A DNA stretch of 64,000 bases from an uncultured Planctomycetota bacterium (GTDB lineage Bacteria > Planctomycetota > Planctomycetia > Isosphaerales > Isosphaeraceae): contig CAWGMQ010000004.1 of the NCBI GenBank assembly GCA_963823665.1, forward strand, positions 2,656,001 through 2,720,000, written 5' to 3'. Below, piece by piece: positions 10,224-19,872 of the stretch. The translations under genes and the position numbers were made by a program. Below the pieces are notes generated by a model, which made no database searches, was not told the origin of the DNA, and saw only the letters and a list, made by a program, of their open reading frames with translations. Each line of letters starts with the position of its first letter. Within the stretch, counting starts at the first letter, position 1.

Positions 10224-11225
10224 ATGACCCGCCGCTACGTAAGTCAGCTCGCCAATGGCGATTCGGTCGATGATGCGTTTCTCGTCGCTGACAAGCAGCT
10301 TCGGGCCAATCGCCAGGGGAATCTCTATCTCAACCTGGAACTCCGGGACAAGACGGGGACGGTCGGCGCACGGCTCTGGAACGCGTCGGAGAATCTAGCG
10401 CGACTGTTCGAGCCTGGTGATTTTCTGCACGTGCGGGGCAAGACGCAAGTCTTCCAGGGGTCATTGCAGATCATCCTCAACCATCTGGAAGTCGTCGATC
10501 CTTCACAGATCGAGGCGGAAGATTTCCTGCCGCAGAGCACGCAGAACATCCCCAAGCTCCTGGCACGCCTCAAAGAGGTGCTCCTGGGTATGGGCAACCC
10601 CCATCTGCGGGCGCTCGTCGAGTGCTTTTTGATCGACGACGGCTTCATGCGAAAATTCACGACAGCGCCGGCGGGCATCAAGAATCACCACGCCTATCAG
10701 GGAGGCTTGATCGAGCACGTCGTCAACCTTCTGAACGTCGCGGACCGGATCACGGAGTTCTACCCCGAGCTGGACCGCGATCTGCTCTTATCGGGAATCT
10801 TCCTCCACGACATCGGCAAGGTCGACGAGCTCTCGTATGACCGCGCGTTTGCTTACACCGACGAAGGGCAGCTCGTCGGACACCTGGTGATGGGCGTGGA
10901 GATGCTCGCGGAAAAAGTCGCCCGGTCAACCGAGTTGACCGGAGAATCTTTTCCACCGGAGCTGCTGCTCAGGCTGAAGCACATGATCGTGAGCCATCAC
11001 GGCTCGTTTGAGTTCGGAAGCCCCAAATTGCCGATGACGCTCGAAGCGGTTGCTCTGCACTACCTGGACAACCTCGACGCCAAGCTGCACACATTCGGCC
11101 GGGAGATCCGTGACGACCCGAGCCGCGACTCGAGCTGGACGCCATTCCAGCAGAGCCTGGGGCGACGTCTGTTCAAGGGGAGCACTCCGGCTCCAGAAAA
11201 CGGCGATTCCGGCGACGTGCCATGA
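10224..11225 (+). CDS. yhaM: 3'-5' exoribonuclease YhaM family (OB fold plus HD domain)
   Basis: N-terminal OB fold (YLNLELRDKTG); motifs HHAYQGGLIEH, LHDIGK, GHLVMG, SHHG and LDNLD. Confidence 0.9.
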   Translation: MTRRYVSQLANGDSVDDAFLVADKQLRANRQGNLYLNLELRDKTGTVGARLWNASENLARLFEPGDFLHVRGKTQVFQGSLQIILNHLEVVDPSQIEAEDFLPQSTQNIPKLLARLKEVLLGMGNPHLRALVECFLIDDGFMRKFTTAPAGIKNHHAYQGGLIEHVVNLLNVADRITEFYPELDRDLLLSGIFLHDIGKVDELSYDRAFAYTDEGQLVGHLVMGVEMLAEKVARSTELTGESFPPELLLRLKHMIVSHHGSFEFGSPKLPMTLEAVALHYLDNLDAKLHTFGREIRDDPSRDSSWTPFQQSLGRRLFKGSTPAPENGDSGDVP

Positions 11226-11289
11226 GGCCGAATTGAGCTGGCCGGAGATGGTCAAGACAGACCGGTGATCGTCAAAAGAGGCAAGCACC

Positions 11290-13610
11290 ATGGCCGAATT
11301 TGCCGAGAGTGTCGTGGGGCTCGTGGCTCAGCCGGCCTACCGCCCGATGACGCTGAAGGCGATGTCGCGTCACCTGCAAGTCGATGGGGACGCTTATCCG
11401 GAGTTCCGGCGAACGATCAAGGACTTGATTCGCGACGGGAAGCTTCGGCTGGCGAAAGACAAAACGCTCAGCCTCCCCGATCGGTCGGGCATGATAGTGG
11501 GGCTGTTCCGGCGGTCGGGCAAAGGCTTCGGATTCGTGCGTCCACACCATGCCACCGGCGGCATCGACCAGGTGTACATCGCGCCTGAGGCCACGCGCGA
11601 CGCGTCGACCGGCGACGAGGTTACGGTGAGGATCACACGCGGAGCGCGGCGGGGAGGTTTCAATGCTGAGGGGAAGATTGTCGAGGTGCTCACGCGGGCT
11701 GCGGCGGTTTTCGTCGGCAGCTATTTTGAGGCAGGGGCGACGAGCTTCGTGAAGGTAGACGGCACGACGTTCAACGAGCCGATCTCGGTGGGTGACCCCG
11801 GAGCGAAGGGGGCCAGGCCGGGCGACAAGGTCGTGATCGAGATCGTGCAATATCCGTCGCCCGACCGCGGCGGAGAAGGGGTGATCATCGAGGTTCTGGG
11901 CCCGCACGGTCAGCCGGGGGTCGACACTCTGAGCGTGATTCGCGCTTTCAATATCCCCGATACTTTTGACGACGCGGAACTCGAGGAGGCACGAGAGCAG
12001 GCACGACTGTTCGACGAGACGGCGATCGGCTCGCGGGAGGACTTGATTGCGGTGCGAACGGTGACGATCGACCCGGCGAACGCGCGAGATTTCGATGATG
12101 CGATCTCGCTGGCGCACGACGAAAAGGGGAACTGGAGCCTTGCTGTCCACATCGCAGACGTTGCCTACTTTGTGCGGCCTGGATCGGCGCTGGACCGCGT
12201 TGCGAGGAACCGTGGAACGAGCGTGTACCTTCCGGACCGGGTGATCCCCATGCTTCCGGAAGTCATCTCGAACGCCCTTGCCAGTCTTCAGGCCGGCCGA
12301 ACACGGTACACGGTGAGGCGCATCTGGACTTCAACCCTGAAGGAATCTTGACCGCCGCACGGTTTGCGCGATCAGCCATCAGAGTCGACCATCGATTTAC
12401 GTACGAGCAGGCGCACGTGGTGATGAAGGCGCCCGAATCGCCGCATGCCGGCGTCGCGCCGGAGACAGCGGCCATGCTCGGTGAAATGCTCGAGCTGGCG
12501 ATGATCCTGCGACGGCGCCGGTTCGCGCGGGGGGCCCTTGAGCTTTCCCTGCCGGAAGTCGAGATCGAGCTCGCCGCGGACGGCCGGGTCACGGGCGCGC
12601 ATCTTGCCCAGCACGACGAGAGCCACCAGATGATCGAAGAGTTCATGCTGGCCGCGAACGAGGCGGTTGCCAGCACATTGGCCGCAAACGAAATCGGGTT
12701 CCTGCGGCGAGCTCATCCTAACCCGGAGCCGTTCAAGCTCGATGAATTCGCGGAATTCGCGCGCAGCCTCGGTCTGGAGATCGAACAACCCCAGAGCCGG
12801 TTCGAGCTTCAGCGCGTGCTGCACCAGACGATCGGGAGCCCGGAAGAATATGCGGTGCATTACGGTCTCTGCGCAGCTTGAAACAAGCAAGCTACACACC
12901 GGAGCTCGAAGGTCACTTCGCGCTGGCGAGCCAGAACTACTGCCACTTCACCTCGCCGATCCGGCGCTATCCTGATCTACACGTCCATCGACAGTTAATC
13001 GCATGGCTCGATGCCAAGAAGCCCCGCAGCAAACACGACGAACTGATTGCGCTGGGGCAGCACTGCACGCGCACCGAGCGGAGGGCCGAAGCGGCCGAGC
13101 GCGACTTGATCAAACTCAAGCTGCTGCATTACCTGAGCGATCGGGTCGGGCAAGCCTTTCACGGAATCATCATCGGGGTGGAAGATTTCGGACTTTTTCT
13201 GCAGGCTGGGTGAGCTGCCGATTGACGGCTTGATCCACGTCTCGAGCCTGAGCGATGATTTTTACTACCTGGAGGGCGGAACGCACACGCTGGTCGGGCG
13301 CCGATCCGGCCGCCGGCATCGGCTGGGAGACCGCGAGCTTGTGCGCATCGCTCACGTCGACGTCGATCGACGCGTTCTCGATCTCACGCTGGCGGATACG
13401 ATCCATTCGCAGGCGCGCCGGCCCGCCACGTCCCGGAGGACCATCGGTCCGCCGGCGGCATATTCACCACAAAAAGCTCGGCGGGCCGCACGCTCGGACG
13501 ACAACGCCCTGATAGGCGAGACGGCCGGTCAGCCTCTCGAACACCGGAAGAAACCTGGAAAGAACCGAAAAAAGAACGGCAGACGATCCCGCAAGAAGAA
13601 CAAATCCTAA
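11290..13610 (+). CDS. rnr: Ribonuclease R, split into four ORFs by three frameshifts
   Basis: CSD motif GFGFV; RNB motifs TIDPANARDFDDA, VHIADV, IEEFMLAANE and HFTSPIRRYPD; S1 domain; basic tail. Confidence 0.9.
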
Positions 13611-13629
13611 CAACAAAACGACCCACGAT

Positions 13630-13926
13630 TCACGAGAGCGGTGAAGCCGAGTTTGCCTGGCGAACCAACTCCGCCGACGGGAGCTCGAGCAACACCGTCT
13701 CGATGCCGTCAGGATCGAGATCCACCACAAAGAACCATCTGGAACAGCTTTCGCACGTTCCAAGCATTTGCATCGGTTGCCAAAGATCAGGCTGATGAAG
13801 CCCGAGCGGAACCTCGCAATCGGGACAACTAAGCGAATTGGCACCATCGTTCGTCGCGGTGCCACGCGCCACAAGTTCGAGTGATTCACGATGTACGGGA
13901 GAGGATCCCGGACGGGAAGGTTGCAA
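13630..13926 (-). CDS. Small zinc-ribbon-like hypothetical protein
   Basis: CPDC-x5-HQPD-x11-CESC-x2-WF pattern; start codon uncertain. Confidence 0.55.
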   Translation of the reverse strand: MQPSRPGSSPVHRESLELVARGTATNDGANSLSCPDCEVPLGLHQPDLWQPMQMLGTCESCSRWFFVVDLDPDGIETVLLELPSAELVRQANSASPLS

Positions 13927-14336
13927 CTTTACCTCCCTGCTTTTCCTCAGCGTCTAGACCGAGTGCGATGAGCCTCGTGCACATCCCGAAGCAGAGCGAG
14001 AGAGTACCTAGTTAGGCGGCGATCTGCTTTAAATATCATATTCGTCCGATTTAATAGTGCAATGCGAGAAAATGAAGAAAAGATACGCCTAACTGAGCTA
14101 CTCCTAACTGAGATGGATGTGACTTGCCCGTGCCCGAGACAGGAGAGAATCTCGACACAATTGCATCGGCCGTAATGACTAATGACGGGAGCGAGTGTCG
14201 GTGGCAGTAGATTTGGTCTTCCCAGAAACGGCAGGCGCGCGCACACTCACGCTCAAATGCGCGGAGATGAATCAAATCGATTGCATGGATCAATTCTAGC
14301 TCGTTCGAGCGTTGAATCGGCAGGGAGGCAAGTTGG

Positions 14337-15329
14337 ATGCGAAGGCTAAAGAGGGTGTTTGGGTCATGCTCGCTGGCGATGGTGTGGTGTGTATCCGCGA
14401 TGCCTGTGTCCGGGCAGACCGTTGAGCGCGACACGACGGTCACGGGCCCTCGCGGGCGGACGATCGAACGGCAAGTGGAGATCCAGCGTAAGCCGGGATC
14501 CATTCAACGGGATATTGAGATCAAGCGGCCGGGCGGAACCTTTGAACGTCAGGTGCAAGTCCAACGCGCGGGTGGTGTGCCCAGGCGTGGACCGATGATC
14601 GCGGGACCTTGGCCGCGGCCACCGTGGATTCCGCGGACGGTCGTGGTCGGTGGGCCCGCGCCAGCCTTTGGGTTTGGGCTGCTCGCTGCCCCCATGCTCA
14701 ATTTCTCGTTCGGCGGGGTAGGGGGGGGCGGAGGCGGAGGCCCAGTTGCGCCTTTTGGGGGCCCGGGCCCAGGCGGCGGACCGCCGGGTGTTGCCCCGCC
14801 CCCAGACGAAGTTGCCTTGGTGACGCAGAGATTGCAGAGTTTCTACTCGAATAACCGAAAGGAAGCGGCTTACAAGCTGGGACAGCTCGGCGACCCCCGC
14901 GCCATTCCGTCGCTAGTTCATGTGCTGAAGTACGATTTGCACAAGGACGTGCGGATTGCGTCTGCGATCGCGCTGGGTGAAATCGGCGGAAGTGAGAGTG
15001 CGATCGCACTTGAACGATCGTCGATCTACGACCACAAGGAAGATGTCCGCCATGCGTGTGCGACTGCGCTCGAGCGATTGAACGCAAAGGCAAAGGCCGC
15101 TGCGCCAAACGCGCCGCAGATGGTGAGGCCGCGTGGCGTGCCCATGCCGCCGGAACCGACGACCTCGTCGCCTTTCCGGCGAAATTCGGAGACGCTCGAG
15201 CACCCCGTCCCCGCCCAGGCGCCTGCGGATGAACCAGAGGCACGACCGGCACAGGCCGATCCGGCGGTGAATCAGCCGCCGCCGCCGCCGACACCTGTTA
15301 CGGAAAGCCCGCGCGGCGAGGGTGGATGA
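14337..15329 (+). CDS. HEAT-repeat protein with N-terminal signal peptide
   Basis: PBS-lyase-type HEAT repeats RKEAAYKLGQLGDPRAIPSL, VRIASAIALGEIG and VRHACATAL; Gly/Pro-rich linkers. Confidence 0.75.
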   Translation: MRRLKRVFGSCSLAMVWCVSAMPVSGQTVERDTTVTGPRGRTIERQVEIQRKPGSIQRDIEIKRPGGTFERQVQVQRAGGVPRRGPMIAGPWPRPPWIPRTVVVGGPAPAFGFGLLAAPMLNFSFGGVGGGGGGGPVAPFGGPGPGGGPPGVAPPPDEVALVTQRLQSFYSNNRKEAAYKLGQLGDPRAIPSLVHVLKYDLHKDVRIASAIALGEIGGSESAIALERSSIYDHKEDVRHACATALERLNAKAKAAAPNAPQMVRPRGVPMPPEPTTSSPFRRNSETLEHPVPAQAPADEPEARPAQADPAVNQPPPPPTPVTESPRGEGG

Positions 15330-15347
15330 CGTGATCGGGGTCGAGAG

Positions 15348-17126
15348 CTAGCGAGCTTGGACCCCATCTCGAGCAGAACGCGCGACCGGATTCTGCTTGT
15401 AACCCGTCAGTCCTTGATACTCCCTGCAGACTGCGATATCCCAGGAACCGATGATCACACCGCGCTCGCGGACGGTCAGTCGTTCGCTGGAATCGATTTT
15501 GCGGAAGACACCTTTGCGATACATATGCCAGGAATAGCTGGGGGGCATATTGGAGTCTTCCACAATCACCACCGGGCGATTCTTGAAGAGCTCGGGTTCA
15601 TGACGCGGGTTCGGGTGCCAAAGGTCGTGCTGGTTCACAGGTGCGGATGACATACCGTAGTTCCAGCTCAGGCAGTAAGTTTCCGGTTGGCCCGGGAGAT
15701 AGAAGGAAAGCGTCGATGTCAGGGCGTAGGTTGCGGTGAGGACGAACGGCGACTCGCCGTTGGCCTCAAGCGATCGCACTTTCTCGGCGACCGCGCGAGC
15801 GAGCACTTGATGGCCGCGGAGTCGCGCGGTGGGCTCGAGCAGCCGGAATGGAGCTGCCCAGCGATTGGTCGGGGCGGGAACCCAGCGCGCAAGTGCGGGA
15901 TAGAACCACTCCATGTGATGGACGGCGATCACCGCAGCGAGCGAGAAACACCATCCGGCGACGATTGCGCGGGTTTTCCAGCCGCCGTGAGAGAGAATAT
16001 GGTCGACCCGAACGGCGATCAGCACGACGAGAGAGATATATCCGGGCACCATCCAGTTGGCCTCAGTCTCCCCCAACAGACTCGCGGCGAAGCACGCGCA
16101 CCAAAGAACCCCCCAGAGACACAGAAGATACATGAGTCCACTTTGAAGCCCTACTATCCCGTCGGCCGAGCCGCTTCCCTCGGAAACTACGCTGCGGTGT
16201 ACGCGTAGCAACCGCATGGCGATCCCGGCGAGGCAGACTAAACCGACAAGCCACCAAATCACACCGAGCGTAAGTGCTTCACCCCCGAGAAAGCTAATGA
16301 CAGGCCAGATGCTCGCCCAATGTGAGCGTGATGATAGGCCGACGCGATCCGCCAGTTGATGGCCCCCGGCCCAGGAGTGCTGGGCGTTCCAGACCCAGAT
16401 GGGCAGCAGGCCCAATCCGCAACAGAGGAGCGACATGATCCAGAAGCCACTCCGCATAAGCTGCCGGCGATGGGCCGGGCTGACGAGCAAGAAAAGGCCG
16501 ACCGAGGCGGGGAAAGCGAGGAATGAATACTTGGCGAGGACGCCGAGAGCACCGATTGCACCAGCGGCGAGCCAGGCGCGAATGTTATCCGCTTTCAGGG
16601 CCTGGTAAGACCAGACAGCGGCCCACGCCCAACAGCAAACCAGTGGTGTGTCACTGGTAACGATCACTCCGCCGAGAGCGAAGATTGGAATCGCCGGAAG
16701 CAGCAGGACAGCGATCAGGCCGGTGCGGTGGCTCGAGGTCGTGAGCACCGCGAGGCGATAGATCGCCCAGGCAGTCAGACCGCCGAGAATCACGCAAGGA
16801 AAGCGGACCGCAAACATCAACGAACCTGTGAACTTGAGGCTCCAGGCGCCGAAAAGCTCTGTGCCCAAGCGAATCAGCCAAGCAACGGCGGGACCGCGGG
16901 AGTAGTAGCTCCAGTCGAGCCTGCGCGACCAGCTCCAGTATTCGGCCTCGTCGCTGCAAAGATCCCAATCGCATCCCCAGAGGAGGAACACAGTTTGTGC
17001 GAGCATCACCGCCACGATTGCGGCAGCGGCGACGCGGGCAACCGGGTTGGATTCGGGGGCGAGCGAATATGTTGTCGAGAGCCGAAATGCGGGCGCACGA
17101 CGGAACTGTGCAGTCATCCGCGACAT
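15348..17126 (-). CDS. ArnT/PMT-like glycosyltransferase (GT-C; GT39/GT83 type)
   Basis: Motifs DEAEYWSWSRRLDWSYYSRGP, AVRFP, TSDTPL and LAKYS; many TM helices. Confidence 0.85.
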   Translation of the reverse strand: MSRMTAQFRRAPAFRLSTTYSLAPESNPVARVAAAAIVAVMLAQTVFLLWGCDWDLCSDEAEYWSWSRRLDWSYYSRGPAVAWLIRLGTELFGAWSLKFTGSLMFAVRFPCVILGGLTAWAIYRLAVLTTSSHRTGLIAVLLLPAIPIFALGGVIVTSDTPLVCCWAWAAVWSYQALKADNIRAWLAAGAIGALGVLAKYSFLAFPASVGLFLLVSPAHRRQLMRSGFWIMSLLCCGLGLLPIWVWNAQHSWAGGHQLADRVGLSSRSHWASIWPVISFLGGEALTLGVIWWLVGLVCLAGIAMRLLRVHRSVVSEGSGSADGIVGLQSGLMYLLCLWGVLWCACFAASLLGETEANWMVPGYISLVVLIAVRVDHILSHGGWKTRAIVAGWCFSLAAVIAVHHMEWFYPALARWVPAPTNRWAAPFRLLEPTARLRGHQVLARAVAEKVRSLEANGESPFVLTATYALTSTLSFYLPGQPETYCLSWNYGMSSAPVNQHDLWHPNPRHEPELFKNRPVVIVEDSNMPPSYSWHMYRKGVFRKIDSSERLTVRERGVIIGSWDIAVCREYQGLTGYKQNPVARSARDGVQAR

Positions 17127-17351
17127 GCGACGAGCGCCTCATACGCCGAGAAGAAGTGTAGGGAGATTGATCGCAGCCGAAGTCAGGATGAACGCCCGGA
17201 GTCGGGCGCAGATCCGACACATCGAGGCGGATCACCGCATCGAGCAGGTTGCGTGTCATGGTTATCGGCAGCCCAAGCCGCAAACTCGAGAAGTTCCGGC
17301 GGGCGCGGTGACGTAGCGATGAGCAAGGGTGCGGAGATTGGCGGAGTTGAC

Positions 17352-18664
17352 TTAGCTTGCGTCGAGCGGCCGGATCGGGTTAAGCACAAGCCCGGTGAGC
17401 AGCTTGGGATAAAAATAGGTGCTCTTGGCGGGCATCGTTTCGAGCTTGGAGGCGATGCTTTCTACGTGGCTCATGCGGGCGGCAGGGACCAAGCACGCAA
17501 CATCGCAGGCCAGGGCGGAAACGTCCGCGAGTACCTCGCCGATCGAGTGAACGTAACGGAGATCGGGCCGAGGATTTGTCGAGAGTAACTCGCCGAGTAC
17601 AAGTACCTGCAGCACGCTCACGCCCAGGCTACGCCAATCGGGGCTCCGCTCCGGGGCCAATCGATCCATGGCGGCATCGGACCGGAGCCTGGCGAGCAAC
17701 CATCGGCCGTCGGCGACCGTCCCGAACGCGAGCATGTCTTGCTCGCCCGAGTGGTCAATTTGCTGCCATGCCATCCGGCAGCCAGCTTCACCGGTGCCGG
17801 CTTGCGTGATCTCGAACTCAGGGTCGAGCCGGGTGGCCAGCGCTTCGGCGGTGAGAACCGGGAAAGCCAGAGATCAGCCGGTGGGTCGGGAGGATCATGA
17901 GCCCTGGGTCGCTCATCCCGACCAACATCATGAGGCAGAAGTCAGAAGGGTCGTCGTGCCGCAGCGGCGCGCCGGCTCGACCGAGCTCTGCCTGATACTT
18001 GAGAGCGGTCTCGTAGCGGTGGTGGCCATCCGCGATGAAAACGGGCTTTCCGGCCATCAAACCAGAGATCTGAGTGTGAACCTCCTGATCGCTCACGACC
18101 CAGAGACGGTTCTGGACACCGAGGTGGTCGGTTGCCACGAGGGGAGTGCGGTCGCGCACGCCGGTCTCGAGGGTACGCTGCACCTGAGCAAGCGTGTCTG
18201 GATAAAGTCCAAAGATCGGGCTCAAGTTGAACCCGGTGGCTTTGTAGAGGGCAAGGCGGTCGGCCTTGGGGCCGTCCAATGTCTGCTCGTGGGGAAAGAT
18301 CTTCCCTTTGCCGATCGGCTCGAGCCGGACTCGCGCCAGGAAACCCTTGGCGCGTGCTGCTGGCCGTCGACCTCGAACGTTTGTTCGTAGACGTAAAATG
18401 CCGGGTGCTCGTCTTCGCGCAGAATGCCCTGGCGAAGCCAGTCTTTCAGAAACCTGGCCGCCCGCGCATAGCGATCGTGGGTGCCGGAGTCACCAGGTTC
18501 ATCCCGGTTCAGCTCCAAGCGGATCACGTTATACGGGCTGGCCTGATAGAGCTTGTCCTGCAGGGCGCGTCGATCACATCGTAGGGGGGCGCGACAACGT
18601 CGGACAGTGTTCCGACACGTGCGACGTCATAGCGGACTCCCCGGAACGGACTCACGTCGGGCAT
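17352..18664 (-). CDS. DUF1015 family protein (several frameshifts)
   Basis: N-terminus MPDVSPFRGVRY...VVAPPYDVI; IADGHHRYETA, ILPTHR and MPAKSTYFYPKLLTGLV spread over the ORF fragments. Confidence 0.85.
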
Positions 18665-19302
18665 TGCGGTCGATCCTCGTCGGGAGCGTCAGGTCCCCAT
18701 CTTCCAGCTATTGAGATACTTTTTGTGCATGGCTGTCAGGGTATCGAGCGAGCTTCACATGGTCTTCAGCTTCAATCAAGCCGGGCTCCGGCTCGGGAGG
18801 GACAAGCCCGCTCAGCAAGCTCGACAAGACCATTCCATAAGCACGTGCTTGTGTGGGCGCCAGACTGCCACAGCGTGTCACCAGCGATTCGAGCTCAGCC
18901 CAGTCCGATTCGGACATCGCCACACGCAGAGCCTTGCTCACCCACTCCTCGGGTAAGAGCGGGTGCAACGGCCGCAGCCCACGCTCTTGCTCGGGACGCC
19001 GCCGACGGCCTAAGCGATCGCGCTGCATACACATCACCTGGAAAACAACACGGCCAAACCCGATCAAGGTTTCACAAGAGACCCACCGTAGCACACACGT
19101 ACGTGTGTATCAACAAGCTTCCGCAGATTCTCGGGGGCCAGTTGGCCGATCGCTCGAGTTCGGCATTCTGGACGTGCTAACGGGATCCGGACTTTTGACC
19201 GGATCCTGGTCGAGCCGGTAAAATCCACGGGTGTTTCGTCGAATGGAAGGGCGGTCTTTCAGTCTCGAGTTTTGACGGCGATATTGAGGGAGGACGATCG
19301 GA

Positions 19303-19872
19303 GTGGTTCCGGCCAAGGATTTCAAACGTAGGATGGTCGTCGAGATCGACGGCGCTCCGCACATGATCGAGCAGATTCAGGTTCAAACTCCGTCTGCCCG
19401 CGGCGCAGCCACGCTATACAAGATCAAGGCGCGAAACCTTAAATCGAAGAACCGCGTGGAGAAGTCTTACCGTGGCACGGACTCGCTCACTGAGTCGAGC
19501 TTCGAGCGCCGGCCGGTCCAGTTCCTCTACCGTGATCCCGACGCGCTTCATTTCATGGATTCGGCGACATTCAATCAATTCTCATTCCCGATCGAGGAAC
19601 TGCGTGATCAGGCGCCGTTCATGACCGAGAACATGGAGGGTGTGGAGTCACTTGTCGTTGACGACGAAGTGATCGCCATCGAGCTGCCAGACACTGTCGA
19701 ACTGCCGATCGTCGAGACGGCTCCGGGCGTCCGCGGCAACTCGGCCACAGGGCGCACCAAACCCGCCGCGCTCTCGACGGGCTACGTGGTTCAGGTGCCC
19801 GAGCATCTTGATCAAGGTGAGATCGTCCGCGTCGACACCCGCACTGGTGAATACCTGGGTCGGGTGAGCTGA
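19303..19872 (+). CDS. efpL: Elongation factor P-like protein EfpL/YeiP
   Basis: EF-P fold with tip loop TPSARGAATLYK (YeiP-type, not PGKG); C-terminal KPA..STG...QVP. Confidence 0.85.
   Translation: MVPAKDFKRRMVVEIDGAPHMIEQIQVQTPSARGAATLYKIKARNLKSKNRVEKSYRGTDSLTESSFERRPVQFLYRDPDALHFMDSATFNQFSFPIEELRDQAPFMTENMEGVESLVVDDEVIAIELPDTVELPIVETAPGVRGNSATGRTKPAALSTGYVVQVPEHLDQGEIVRVDTRTGEYLGRVS

Noticed and set aside
18708..19094. 128-aa ORF upstream of the DUF1015 gene
   Set aside because: No motif or clear start; not supportable from sequence alone.
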